Origin: an uncultured Bacilli bacterium | GTDB taxonomy: Bacteria; Bacillota_I; Bacilli_A; RF39; UBA660 | Length of the DNA: 64,000 bases | Direction: 5' to 3' | Assembly (NCBI GenBank): GCA_947629375.1 | Contig: CANRDN010000002.1 | Location: forward strand, 3,425 to 67,424 | In this document: piece by piece, positions 44,899 through 56,200 of the stretch | Layout of the letters: each line of letters begins with the position of its first letter | Position numbering within the stretch: the stretch's first letter is position 1 | Made by a program: the position numbers and the translations under genes | Notes under the pieces: generated by a model | Database searches by the model: none | What the model was told of the DNA's origin: nothing | What the model saw: the letters and a program-made list of their open reading frames with translations, nothing else

Positions 44899-46178
44899 CT
44901 ATAAAAGAATTAAAAGGTTTAGATGTTAAAATATATTGTGAAACACTCGATAACGGATTAAGACTATTTTTAATACCATATAGTAATCGTAACAATTATT
45001 ATATTAATTATGCTACAAATTATGGAGCAGAAGTAGATGAGTTTGTTTCTTGTGTTACAGGTAAAAAGACAAAAAAACCATATGGAGTAGCTCATTTCCT
45101 AGAACATAAAGTCTTTGAACAGGAAGATGGAATAGATCCATTTACTTATTATTCTGAGAGTGGGGCAGATGTAAATGCTTCTACCGGATACAAATTAACA
45201 TCGTATACTGTCGATGGAATCAACAATTTTGAAGATAACCTAAACTATTTATTAGATTTTGTAAACACTCCTTATTTCACAGATGAAAACGTCGAAAAGG
45301 AAAAGGGAATTATCATCGAAGAATTAAATATGTACAAGGATCAACCGGAAAACATTCTTTATGAAGAAAGCAATAAACTTTTATTTCAAAAGCATCCGAT
45401 GAGAATAGATATTGGAGGAACACCCAGCAGTGTAAGAAAAATTACTAAAGAAATATTATACGATTGTTATGATACATTCTATCAACCAAGTAATATGTTC
45501 TTGCTCGTAGCAGGTAACTTTGATGTCGAAAAGGTTTTAAATATTGTTAAAAATAATAAAAAATTAAATTCTAAGAAAATAAAGAAGGAAATCAAAGTAA
45601 CTAAAGTAAAAGAACCAGTTGAAGTTAATATTAAAGAAAAAGAAATAAAAATAGATAATATTATTGTACCTAAATTGTTTTTTAACATTAAATCACCTTT
45701 AAAAGAATTAGAAAAAGAAGAAAAATATAAATATATAATATCTGCTGATATTCTTTCATATATTTTGTTCGGAGAATCGTCAGACTTTAAGGAAGAAATG
45801 CTTAAGAAGAATCTATTTAGTTTGTTTTTCTGTTCTTGTGATGCAGTTGATGACCTTCTAATATATGAATTTATTGCTGAATCTAAAAAACCTTATGAAG
45901 TAAAAGATGAAATTATTAAATGCTTTAAAAATAGAAAAATAACTAAAGAAGATGTAGAAAGAATCAAAAAAGTAAAGATATCTTTGGAAGTTATGGCAAG
46001 TGATAGACCTTATGCTCTTTTAGATGTAGCACTTAATCATCTAATTGATTATGGTGATATCATCTATAACAAAATGGATATTATAAGAAGTATTACTCTT
46101 GAGGACGTAGAAAAAGTAAGAAATGACATCTTAATCGATAATAACTGCTTTATAGTGGGGTATCCCAAAGAAAAATAA
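44895..46178 (+). CDS. ymfH: M16 zinc peptidase (YmfH-like)
   Basis: GVAHFLEHKVF, NAST, EKEKGII.EE. Confidence 0.85.
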   Translation: MTIKELKGLDVKIYCETLDNGLRLFLIPYSNRNNYYINYATNYGAEVDEFVSCVTGKKTKKPYGVAHFLEHKVFEQEDGIDPFTYYSESGADVNASTGYKLTSYTVDGINNFEDNLNYLLDFVNTPYFTDENVEKEKGIIIEELNMYKDQPENILYEESNKLLFQKHPMRIDIGGTPSSVRKITKEILYDCYDTFYQPSNMFLLVAGNFDVEKVLNIVKNNKKLNSKKIKKEIKVTKVKEPVEVNIKEKEIKIDNIIVPKLFFNIKSPLKELEKEEKYKYIISADILSYILFGESSDFKEEMLKKNLFSLFFCSCDAVDDLLIYEFIAESKKPYEVKDEIIKCFKNRKITKEDVERIKKVKISLEVMASDRPYALLDVALNHLIDYGDIIYNKMDIIRSITLEDVEKVRNDILIDNNCFIVGYPKEK

Positions 46179-46204
46179 ATCTATGTAAAAACATAGATTT
46201 TTTT
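46177..46204 (+). terminator. Rho-independent terminator
   Basis: AAATCTATGT-aaaa-ACATAGATTT followed by Ts. Confidence 0.7.
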
Positions 46205-46259
46205 AATTTATAATCTTTTTCTTTTTAAGTATTATGATATAATTATACTAGGTGAGACT

Positions 46260-48044
46260 ATGGTAGGAAGTTTAGGAAAAATAATAGATATTAATGGAAA
46301 TTATGTAATAATAAAAATAGACTTTGATGTTACAACTTATGGAAACCTTATGAATGTACACGTTGTATTTGAAGAAGGTAACAAAAAAATAGTAGGTGAA
46401 ATATTAAAAGTTACTTTGGGAGAAATAACTGTAGGTGTAGTTGGAGAACTTGAAAATAATATTTTCGTTCCAGGAATTGCAGCAAAACCAGCATTCTCTT
46501 CTACAGTAAGAATTATTAATAAGGACGAATTACAACTTGTTTTAGGACCTGAAGAAATAACGGATAATGAACATTTGTATTTAGGAAAATCATCAATATA
46601 TAATGGTTATAAAATCAATGTCGACGTAAATCAATTCTTTAGTAATCACTTTGCCATACTTGGTAACACTGGTAGTGGAAAAAGTTGTACCTTTGCAAGA
46701 ATTGTTCAAAATATATTTACAACATCAAAATATTTACCAGTAAACGCTAATATATTTGTATTCGATGCTTATGGTGAATATAAAAATGCTTTTGCTTTCT
46801 TACATAATTTTAATGATCAGTTAAATTATAAAGCTTATACAACAAATTTACAGAATACAGATCCTGAAAGTGATTTGTTAAGAATACCTTTGTGGCTATT
46901 GGATGTAGATGATATCGCACTTCTTTTAAATGCATCAGAGCCAAACCAATTGCCAATAATTGAAAAAGCTCTTAAACTTGTTCCAATATTAAAAGGAACT
47001 GACGAAGAAGCTATAAAATGTAAAAATGATATCATTGCAAGAGCACTTCTAGATATCTTACAAAGTGGAAAAGATTCAATAAAGATAAGAGACCAGATTA
47101 CGGCAGTTTTAACGACATTCCACACAGATTTATTGAGCCTTGAAAGTGAAATAAGACAGCCAGGATATGTTAGAACTTTAAAACAATGTATCTATGTCGA
47201 CAATTCAGGTAAGATGCAAGAGATGGAACTTGTCGTAAACTTTATTCAGACTTTTGTTATCGATGGATACGAAATACCTAATCCAAAAGGTAATGTAATG
47301 TATGATTTGAGTGATTTAGAAAACGCTTTAGATTTCTCTTTGATTTCTGAAGGAATATTAAAAAGTGATAAAGTATTCGATTATGCCAATATTTTGTCAG
47401 TTAGACTTCATACTCTTGCAAGTGGTGACTATAAAGAATATTTTAAATATCCGAAAATGGTTACTAAGAGTGGATTTATAAGAGATTTAATCACTTCAAG
47501 AAGTGGTGGAAAAGCTCAGTTAATTGGATTCAACATCAACTATATAGATGATAGAACAGCTAAATCAATCACTAAAATAATCTCTAAAATATTATTTGAA
47601 GTTGCTGTTAACAGTGAAAATCGTGGAAAAATACCATTCCATATCATTATCGAAGAAGCTCATAGATATGTTCAAAAAGATATCGACCAAGAATTGCTTG
47701 GTTACAACATCTTCGATAGAATTACTAAAGAGGGAAGAAAATATGGTGTTGTTTTAGGCCTTATTACTCAAAGACCTAGTGAACTTAGTGAAACAAGTAT
47801 TTCCCAGTGTTCTAACTTTATGGTATTAAGAACTCTACACCCAAGAGACTTACAATACATAAAAGAAATGGTACCAAATGTTACAGAAGAAATTCTAGCA
47901 ATTTTAAAAACTTTACAGCCAGGAAGTGCGATTGCCTTTGGAAGTGCATTTAAGGTTCCTGTATCAATAAAGATGGATAAACCAGATCCACAACCATACA
48001 GTTACAATAGTGATGTAGCAAAAATATGGTATGCATTAAATTAA
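46260..48044 (+). CDS. HerA/FtsK-superfamily ATPase (HAS barrel + DUF87/DUF853-type ATPase)
   Basis: HFAILGNTGSGKS, VFDAYGEY, IIEEAHRY, RITKEGRKYG, TQRPSELS. Confidence 0.85.
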   Translation: MVGSLGKIIDINGNYVIIKIDFDVTTYGNLMNVHVVFEEGNKKIVGEILKVTLGEITVGVVGELENNIFVPGIAAKPAFSSTVRIINKDELQLVLGPEEITDNEHLYLGKSSIYNGYKINVDVNQFFSNHFAILGNTGSGKSCTFARIVQNIFTTSKYLPVNANIFVFDAYGEYKNAFAFLHNFNDQLNYKAYTTNLQNTDPESDLLRIPLWLLDVDDIALLLNASEPNQLPIIEKALKLVPILKGTDEEAIKCKNDIIARALLDILQSGKDSIKIRDQITAVLTTFHTDLLSLESEIRQPGYVRTLKQCIYVDNSGKMQEMELVVNFIQTFVIDGYEIPNPKGNVMYDLSDLENALDFSLISEGILKSDKVFDYANILSVRLHTLASGDYKEYFKYPKMVTKSGFIRDLITSRSGGKAQLIGFNINYIDDRTAKSITKIISKILFEVAVNSENRGKIPFHIIIEEAHRYVQKDIDQELLGYNIFDRITKEGRKYGVVLGLITQRPSELSETSISQCSNFMVLRTLHPRDLQYIKEMVPNVTEEILAILKTLQPGSAIAFGSAFKVPVSIKMDKPDPQPYSYNSDVAKIWYALN

Positions 48045-48104
48045 TACTTTAAAAATTAAAATTTATATGATAGAATATCTATATAAGACTATGGAGGATA
48101 GATT

Positions 48105-48554
48105 ATGGCTTTTACAAAATTTATAGGGAAGTTAACTGGAAATGATCAAGATGACCCAGATACAATCGATACAGAAGGTTATGAAGAAGAAAGTTTACCT
48201 GCAAGAAAAGACAATACAATGATTCTTTTAGAACCACGCGCATACTCAGAATCTCAACAAATTGCTGATTATTTAAAAGGTAATTCTTCAGTTGTAGTAA
48301 ATTTAAGAAGAGTAACACCAGATCAAGCAAAAAGAATAGTAGATTTTTTAAGTGGTACTATTTACGCAATCGAAGGAGATCTTCAAAAATTAGGTGGAGG
48401 AATATTTTTGTGTACACCTAAGACTGTTAATGTTGAAGGAAAAATCTCTGATGAAGGATTAAAAGGAAAAGAAACAAAAGGTCAATCTGCTAAATCAAAA
48501 GCAGCAGCTACTGATAACGAAGAAAATAACGATGATGACGAGTTCAATTTCTAA
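48105..48554 (+). CDS. sepF: Cell division protein SepF
   Basis: EPRAYSE..QIADYLK...VVVNL...AKRIVDFLSGTIYA..G.......IFLCTP. Confidence 0.93.
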   Translation: MAFTKFIGKLTGNDQDDPDTIDTEGYEEESLPARKDNTMILLEPRAYSESQQIADYLKGNSSVVVNLRRVTPDQAKRIVDFLSGTIYAIEGDLQKLGGGIFLCTPKTVNVEGKISDEGLKGKETKGQSAKSKAAATDNEENNDDDEFNF

Positions 48555-48589
48555 TATTTAAGTACTCTATATAAAAAGAGGGTGATGTA

Positions 48590-49021
48590 ATGGACAGATT
48601 TACCATAACCGATAGAGGTTATGATGTCTCACAAGTAAATAAGTTTGTTGATAACGTTATAAGTCACACAGAATCAATGCTCGAAAAGATGAAGAAACAA
48701 CAAAGAGAAATGGATGATTTAAAAAGACAAATAGAAACTTATAAGAGAATAGAAAGTGACTTAAGAAGTGCTCTATTTAAAGCTGAACAAGCTAGTAACG
48801 ATATAAAGAAACAAGCTTACGATGAGAAAAATGTTATTATAGAAGAAGCAAGACGTAATGCTTCAAGAATAATAAATGATGCTCTATTAAGAGCAGAAAA
48901 AATCGAACTTAAAACAGATACCCTTGAAAGAAATATGAGAATCTTTAAAAAGAAATTAAAACTTGTTGTCGAACAACAATTAAGTGTCATTGATGAAATA
49001 GAAGAACTAGATTTAAAATAG
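48590..49021 (+). CDS. divIVA: DivIVA family protein
   Basis: F....RGYD...V..F.D followed by a coiled coil; directly after sepF. Confidence 0.88.
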   Translation: MDRFTITDRGYDVSQVNKFVDNVISHTESMLEKMKKQQREMDDLKRQIETYKRIESDLRSALFKAEQASNDIKKQAYDEKNVIIEEARRNASRIINDALLRAEKIELKTDTLERNMRIFKKKLKLVVEQQLSVIDEIEELDLK

Positions 49022-49071
49022 TTCTTTTTTATTGCACAAAAAAACTCGCCATCGACGAGTAATTTTTATTA

Positions 49072-49269
49072 TTAAGCAGCTTCTTCTGTGTTAACTTTAT
49101 CAGCTTTTCTTAAAGTTCTTGCTTCTTTAGCACTAATTCTTACTCTAGTACCGTCTTCAAGTCTTACAACTTGTAAGTTTAATGCTTGAGTACTATTTGT
49201 TGTATTTAATGCGTGAGAACGTAATCTTTTTCTTTTATTTGGTTTTCTACTAGATATATTAATAGCCAT
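49072..49269 (-). CDS. rpmB: 50S ribosomal protein L28 (divergent, Cys-free)
   Basis: RSHALN.T......NLQ......G...RISAK..RTL; RBS GAGGAGG; hairpin ACTCG/CGAGT downstream. Confidence 0.8.
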   Translation of the reverse strand: MAINISSRKPNKRKRLRSHALNTTNSTQALNLQVVRLEDGTRVRISAKEARTLRKADKVNTEEAA

Positions 49270-49386
49270 ATTTAGACCTCCTCTTAAAATAAATCACTTG
49301 CTAGATAACTTTATCATAAATTTTGCCTTAAGTCAAATGTTTTCGGGTTTAATGTGTTATAATACAATTAGAAAGGAAGTGCAATT

Positions 49387-52305
49387 ATGTATATACCACT
49401 ATATGTCAAAAGTAATTATACTTTTTTATCTAGTTTAGTTAAAATTGATGAATTAGTAAAAAAATGCAGTGAATTAAAAATACCAAGTGTTGCATTATGT
49501 GATAATAATATGATTGCTACGATGTATTTCTATAAAGAATGTAAAAAAAATAATATAAAACCAATTATTGGATTAGAAGTTAATATTGAGGGTGATATAC
49601 TTCTATATGCCAAAAATTATCAAGGATATCAAAACTTACTAAAAATAGTATCAGATATAGATGAAGTAAGTATCGATGTTTTAAAAAAGTATAGAAGTGA
49701 TTTGTTATTAATAATCCCTTATAGCAGTAAAGATTTATTTAGTAAACTTTCTAATATTTTTGTGGATACTTATATAGGTGTTTCCAATAAAGAAGAAGTA
49801 GAAAGTGCTAGTAATATAACAGATAAACTTATTTTTATAAATAAAGTCTTATATTTAGAGAAAAAAGAAAGTGAATACTTTAAATATGCTTTAATGATGA
49901 AAGAGAAGAAAAATGTCTTCGATAACATTACATTCGAGGATAATTTTAACTATTTATTAGATTATGATACAGCAGTAAGTCTTACTAACAAAAAGGTAGT
50001 AGATGAGACAGTCAAAGTAAGTGATTTATGTAATGTAGATTTCCCTGAAAGTAAAAATAGAATTCCTCACTACAACAATAATTTAAATATTGCAAGTGAC
50101 GAGTACTTAAGAAAATTAAGTATTCAAGGAATTACTAAAAGACTCAAAGGAAATGTTTCTGAAGACTACAAGAAAAGATTGTTGTACGAATTAGATGTCA
50201 TCAAGAATATGGGGTTTTCTGACTATTTCTTAATTGTCTATGACTATGTAAAATATGCTAAAAAAAGTGGCATATTAGTAGGGCCTGGAAGAGGAAGTGC
50301 AGGGGGAAGTTTAGTCGCATACTCGCTTGGAATAATTGATGTTGATCCTCTTAAATATGGACTTTTATTTGAAAGATTTTTAAATCCTGGAAGAGTAACG
50401 ATGCCCGATATCGATATCGATTTTCCAGATTCCTATCGTGATCAAGTAATCGATTATACAAGAGAAAAGTACGGTGAAAAGAAAGTAGCAGGAATAATTG
50501 CTATTGGTACTTTAAAAGCTAAAGCTGTTTTAGATGATGTTGCAAGAATTTTGAAAGTAGAGCAGAACAAAGTAGATAGATTAAAAAGATTTATCGAACT
50601 TAACTCTAAATTAAAAGATGTCTATGAAAAGAATCCTGAATTTAAAAATATTGTCGATAATGATGATATCTTGCAAAGATTATATAAATTATCCTTATAC
50701 TTTGAAGGATTCCCTAAAAATACGACAGTGCACGCATCGGGTATTGTAATATCAGAGACAGACTTAGATGACATAATACCTCTTGTTAAGCAAGATGGAG
50801 TGTACATAAGTTCCTTTGAAATGGCTTATCTTGAAGAACTTGGCCTTTTAAAGATGGATTTTCTTGGAAATAGAAACTTATCTACTATTATGGAAATACT
50901 TGAAAGTATTAAAAATAAAGAAGAAAAAGAAGTTAATTTTAACGATATTCCTTTAGATGATAAAGATACTTTAAAGCTATTTTACGATGTTGATACCAAT
51001 GGAATTTTCCAATTTGATACCGATACGATGAAAAACTTAATTAAAAGATTAAAGATAACTAAGTTTGACGATATAGTAGCAGCAGATGCTCTTGTAAGAC
51101 CTGGACCTGATACCAATACTTATATCGAAAGAAAAAGTAAAAATATAAAATTGAGTTACCCAAATGACAAATTAAAAGAAATACTAGAACCTACTTATGG
51201 TGTTTTGGTATACCAAGAACAGATAATGCAGATTGCTAATGTTATGGCAGATTTTACGATGTCAGAAGCAGATAATTTAAGAAGAGCTATGTCTAAAAAG
51301 AAAAGAGATCTATTAAAAGTTCAAGAAGAAAAGTTTATCGAGGGGTCTCTAAAAAATGGCTATGACTACCAATTTGCTAAAAAAATGTACGAAGATATTT
51401 TATCTTTTGCTGAATATGGTTTTAATAAATCACACGCCGTTTCCTATTCGATTATCGCATACAAAATGGGATACTTGAAGTGTCACTATCCAAAATACTT
51501 CTATCTTAATATCTTATCGATGATGATAGGAAATGACTCAAAATCTTCAAATGTGGTAAGAGAAGCAAGATCTAAAGGTGTAAAGTTTTATCTTCCAAAT
51601 ATAAATACAAGTACAGAAAAGTTTGAAATAGTGGATGATGGAATCTTATTTCCTCTTTCAAACATAAAAAATATTGGAGTAAATACAGCAATCGAAATAA
51701 GAGAGATAAGAAAAGATGGATTCAAAGACTTATTTCACTGCCTTACTAAATTAAGTGAGATAGGAATAAATAAAAAAGTAATCGAGTCTTTGGTGTTCTC
51801 ATCTTGTTTCAGTGACTTTTCTTACAATAAGAAAACAATAATTGAAAATCTTGATAACTTACTAACTTTTGCTTATATTGCTAAAGGTCTACCTGAAGAT
51901 ATGATTGAACATCCATCTATCGAGGTTAAAGAAGAGTATGATAATGCCTTTCTAATGGAAAAAGAAAAAGAATTGTTTGGATTCTACTTAAGTTATCATC
52001 CGACAACAAAATACAAAGATAAATACCAAGTAATAAATTTAAATGAAATAAAAAATTATGTTGGTAAAATAATTGATACGATTATTCTTGTCGAAAAAGT
52101 TAAAGTTCACAAGGATAAATTTGGTAAAGATATGGCATTTATCACGGGAAGTGATGAGCTTGACTCGATAGAGTATGTGTCTTTTTCCGATGTATTTAAA
52201 GAAATTCGCGAAGTAGAGAAAGGAAATATTCTACTTGTCCAAGGCAAAGTCGATAGAAGAGATAATCTTCAAATAATTATGGAAAAAGCAAAAATAATTG
52301 GTTAA
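49387..52305 (+). CDS. dnaE: DNA polymerase III alpha subunit, DnaE type
   Basis: PHP-like N-terminus, GPGRGSAGGS, LLFERFLNP.R..MPDIDIDF, LLKMDFLG, YGFNKSHA, OB fold. Confidence 0.95.
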   Translation: MYIPLYVKSNYTFLSSLVKIDELVKKCSELKIPSVALCDNNMIATMYFYKECKKNNIKPIIGLEVNIEGDILLYAKNYQGYQNLLKIVSDIDEVSIDVLKKYRSDLLLIIPYSSKDLFSKLSNIFVDTYIGVSNKEEVESASNITDKLIFINKVLYLEKKESEYFKYALMMKEKKNVFDNITFEDNFNYLLDYDTAVSLTNKKVVDETVKVSDLCNVDFPESKNRIPHYNNNLNIASDEYLRKLSIQGITKRLKGNVSEDYKKRLLYELDVIKNMGFSDYFLIVYDYVKYAKKSGILVGPGRGSAGGSLVAYSLGIIDVDPLKYGLLFERFLNPGRVTMPDIDIDFPDSYRDQVIDYTREKYGEKKVAGIIAIGTLKAKAVLDDVARILKVEQNKVDRLKRFIELNSKLKDVYEKNPEFKNIVDNDDILQRLYKLSLYFEGFPKNTTVHASGIVISETDLDDIIPLVKQDGVYISSFEMAYLEELGLLKMDFLGNRNLSTIMEILESIKNKEEKEVNFNDIPLDDKDTLKLFYDVDTNGIFQFDTDTMKNLIKRLKITKFDDIVAADALVRPGPDTNTYIERKSKNIKLSYPNDKLKEILEPTYGVLVYQEQIMQIANVMADFTMSEADNLRRAMSKKKRDLLKVQEEKFIEGSLKNGYDYQFAKKMYEDILSFAEYGFNKSHAVSYSIIAYKMGYLKCHYPKYFYLNILSMMIGNDSKSSNVVREARSKGVKFYLPNINTSTEKFEIVDDGILFPLSNIKNIGVNTAIEIREIRKDGFKDLFHCLTKLSEIGINKKVIESLVFSSCFSDFSYNKKTIIENLDNLLTFAYIAKGLPEDMIEHPSIEVKEEYDNAFLMEKEKELFGFYLSYHPTTKYKDKYQVINLNEIKNYVGKIIDTIILVEKVKVHKDKFGKDMAFITGSDELDSIEYVSFSDVFKEIREVEKGNILLVQGKVDRRDNLQIIMEKAKIIG

Positions 52306-52355
52306 GTAATTATATTTATGTTATATTTATATTATATAAAGAGTGGTGATAATAG

Positions 52356-53192
52356 ATGGATATACAATTTGTTGTTAATGATTATCTTTTAGCGTGGAAT
52401 ATACTCTTTAGACCTTCAATTTCTGAAGACATTCAAAAGCTAAAAGAAAGATTATGGAAAAACTACAAAAAAGAATATATGAAGCTTGAAAAAGAAAATG
52501 TAGAGATATTAAAGTACACGAATGACTTTATACCCGATGATGACACAGTCTACAACTTTGTCTTTGAAAGTGAAGAGTATAAGCTTGTCAAAAAGCAGAC
52601 GGAAAAGTATCGTAGATTCCTTATGAAAATATGGGATCAACATCAAAAAGAAATACAGGCAGCTCTAAAAGATCTTTTAAGATTCAAAGTAGAAAACAAA
52701 TATCAAATACTTGTTATCCATCCTTATTTTGATAATATAGAGTTCTTAAAAAAGAATCCTAAAAAGAATATTGTCTGGGGTAAAAAAGAAGACACTGAAG
52801 ATGGATTAAAAGCCATAATGAGAGTACTTTTTACTGCTGTTAAATATGAACTTGGCGATTACCAAGAGCAAAATAAAGAATTAGTAACAGCTATTTTAGA
52901 TTTACTTGTAACAAATGAAATATACACAAGAGTATCAGGTTACTCAAGATACGATGAAGGAATAAAAAGATTAAAACTACTAAAAAGACAACTTTATCCT
53001 TATTGGTTAATGTATCAAGGAGCAGATAGAGAAGAACTAGTAAGCTTTATGATGCGTGATAAGTTGCCATTCGATATCGATAAATATCCAATCGAGAAGG
53101 GGTTGAGAAAAGTAGATTTAAAAGAATTTATCGATTTCTGTTGTAATAATCAGAGGTATATTATCAGATTGAATGAATTAGATAAAATGTAA
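52356..53192 (+). CDS. Hypothetical soluble protein between dnaE and polC
   Basis: 278 aa ORF with RBS; no recognisable motif. Confidence 0.7.
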   Translation: MDIQFVVNDYLLAWNILFRPSISEDIQKLKERLWKNYKKEYMKLEKENVEILKYTNDFIPDDDTVYNFVFESEEYKLVKKQTEKYRRFLMKIWDQHQKEIQAALKDLLRFKVENKYQILVIHPYFDNIEFLKKNPKKNIVWGKKEDTEDGLKAIMRVLFTAVKYELGDYQEQNKELVTAILDLLVTNEIYTRVSGYSRYDEGIKRLKLLKRQLYPYWLMYQGADREELVSFMMRDKLPFDIDKYPIEKGLRKVDLKEFIDFCCNNQRYIIRLNELDKM

Positions 53193-53207
53193 ATAGAGAG
53201 GTAGAAT

Positions 53208-56200
53208 ATGGACGAGAAACTACGAAAAATATTAAATAAAATCAACTTGGATGAAGCCTATTTCGAACTCTTTTTTAATGCCAAATTACACAAGACAAGT
53301 ATCGATGATTTAGAAAACAAAGTAACAATAGAAATAGAAAATGATGGGGATATTGGTAGTGATATGTATGAAGAATTAAAAAAGAAATTTTCTTCTTATT
53401 TTGATGGCGCTACCATAGTCTTGAGAATAATAAATAATACTGATATAAGTACTAATTTTGATGAGAATTACGAAAGTGTTATAAATCAAAAATATGAAAG
53501 TTTACCTAATATCAATGCCTTTAAAGAAAAGATGGAGATAACTGGTAATTCGGTAAATATAACGGTCGTCAATGAAAGAGAAAAGAAAGACTTAGAGATA
53601 GACTTTAAAAAACTTCAAGAAATGTTAAAAGATTTAGGGACTAAGTTTACTTATTCTATTATTGTAGATGATCAAAAAAGAGTAGATATCGATGAAAAAA
53701 TAACTGATGAATCAACAGAGATAATGAGTAAACCTTATGTCTTTAGGGAAGCAAGTAAAGAGCAATCTAATAACTTTCCACGAAGAAGAAAAAAAGAAGT
53801 CGATGAGAAGACAATCTTTGGCAATTTAATTAAAGAAGATGAAGCAATTACTAAGATTAAATCTATTGTTAGAGAAAATCCTCAAGTAGTAATAGAAGCT
53901 AAGATATTTGGAACAGAAGAATTTGTCCCACAAAGTAAAGCTTTTAAAATACTGACTTTGAAAGTAACTGATTACACAGATAGTATTATCTGTAAAGTTT
54001 TTGTTCGTGATGATGAAGTCTACGATAATCTAGTAAAGAAAACGAGTACAGGCACTTGGGTTAAACTAAGAGGAAGCGTCAAGCAAGATGAGTACTCTAA
54101 TAACGAACTAGTACTTACTGTCTACGATATTTACGAGTCAGATAGAAAAGATAGCAAAATGGTCGATAATGCAGAAGTTAAGCGTGTCGAACTTCACGCT
54201 CATACGATGATGAGTCAGATGGATGGAGTTAGTAAACTTGATCTTGATAAACATACTTGTGAACTTGTAAGTAATTGTATCGATATGGGATATAGAGCAG
54301 TGGCAGTAACGGATCACTCAGGTTGTCAAGCATTCCCAATTGCGTTTGAACTTGTAACAAACTATAACAAAGGACTTATTAAAAAACTTAAAGGTAAAAA
54401 AGAAGAGTTAGAAACAAAACTAAATGAAGAAGAAAATGCTGACCAAAAGAAATTAATAAGTGATGAACTTGATGAAGTTAATAAAGACCTTGCAAACCCT
54501 AAAAAGTTTAAAGTTTTATATGGAACTGAGTTGACACTTGTTGACGATACGGTAAATATTGTAATAAGACCAACTGAACTTGACTTACTAAATACAGAAT
54601 ATGTTGTATTCGATACAGAAACAACTGGATTTAATGCAGCAGGTGGCGACCAGATGATCGAAATAGGTGCTGTTAAAATAAAAAATGGTGAAATAACGGA
54701 CCGTTTTGATGAATTAATTGACCCTCATCGTCCAATTCCTGAAAACATAACAGAACTTACTCACATAACTACCGAGATGGTTCAAGGAAAAGATGATGAG
54801 GAAACTGTTACTAAGAAATTCTTAGAGTGGTCAAAAGACGCCCCAATGGTTGCACATAATGCCAAATTTGATATCTCATTTATCGAAATGTCAATGAGAA
54901 AATATAACCTTGGAGAATTTAAAAACACAGTTATCGATACATTAGAGTTATCTAGAACTTTGGACCAAGGTTATGCAAGGCACTCACTATCCGCTCTTGT
55001 TTCAAGATACAATGTCGACTTTGATGAAGAAGGACACCATAGAGCAGATTACGATGCAGAAGGAACTGCTAAAGTTTTCCACAAGATGGTATTAAAACTT
55101 ATAAATCAAAACTATAAAAAGATAACTGATTTAGATAGATTGATTTCCAAAGATGAAATCCATAAATTTGGTAGAACTTTCCACTTTAATGCCCTTGCTA
55201 TAAATAAAAAAGGAATTAAAAACTTATTTAAAATTATATCTTTAGCAAACACTGTCTACCTATATAAGACACCTAGAATATTAAGAAGTAAACTAGAAGA
55301 GTTAAGAGAAGGTCTTTTAATAGGAAGTGGATGCTATAACTCTGAAGTATTCCTTGAAGCAAGAAGTAAAGAAGGAGAGGAACTAACTAACATTATTAAC
55401 TTCTACGATTATGTTGAAGTACAGCCACCTGAAGTGTATGATCATTTGATTCAAACTAGTGACTTTAAAGATGAAGATGAACTAAAAGACCACATTAAAA
55501 AGGTTATCTCAGCAACGAAAGAAGCCGGTAAAATCATTGTGGCAACAGGTGATGTTCACCACTTTACAAGAGAAGATAAAATTTATCGTGAAGTTATAAT
55601 AAATCAAAAAGTACCAGGTGGAGGAAGACATCCTCTTGCTAAAAAGGAAATAACAGATATTCCTTCCCAACACTTTAGGACGACTAATGAAATGCTTGAA
55701 GATTTTGCCTTTTTAGGAAAAGATTTAGCATATGAAATAGTTGTAGAAAACACTAATAAAGTTGCTGATATGTGTGAAGAAATAGAAGTAATCCCCGATA
55801 CTGGTGGAATTCCATTTTCACCACGAGTTAAAAGTGATGATGGGAAAACTTATCTAGATTGTCCACAGGTTGTTACCGATTTAGTCTTTACAAAAGCTAA
55901 AGAGTGGTATGGAGAAAACTTGCCATATAATATCGAAGAGCGTATTGCTAAAGAACTTTATGGTGATATTGTCTACAATTGTTATAGTTCGATTGTAAAA
56001 AAAGAAAATAAAGATATTAGTGAAGAAGAATTCAATAAAGAAGTATTTAAAAGAGTTCACGAAACAGTTGCCAGTGGTTTTGATAAAGTTAAAGAAGAAA
56101 TATCAAAGTACTTAAAAGACAACTGGAAAGAAGAAGATGGAGAACTAACTGATGAAGCCTTGAACAAAAAGTTGAAAAAAGAACTTGGTGGTATCATCGG

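Noticed and set aside
46260-48044. HerA as part of an anti-phage defence system
   Set aside because: There is no SIR2, DUF4297 or nuclease partner, and it is flanked by housekeeping genes.
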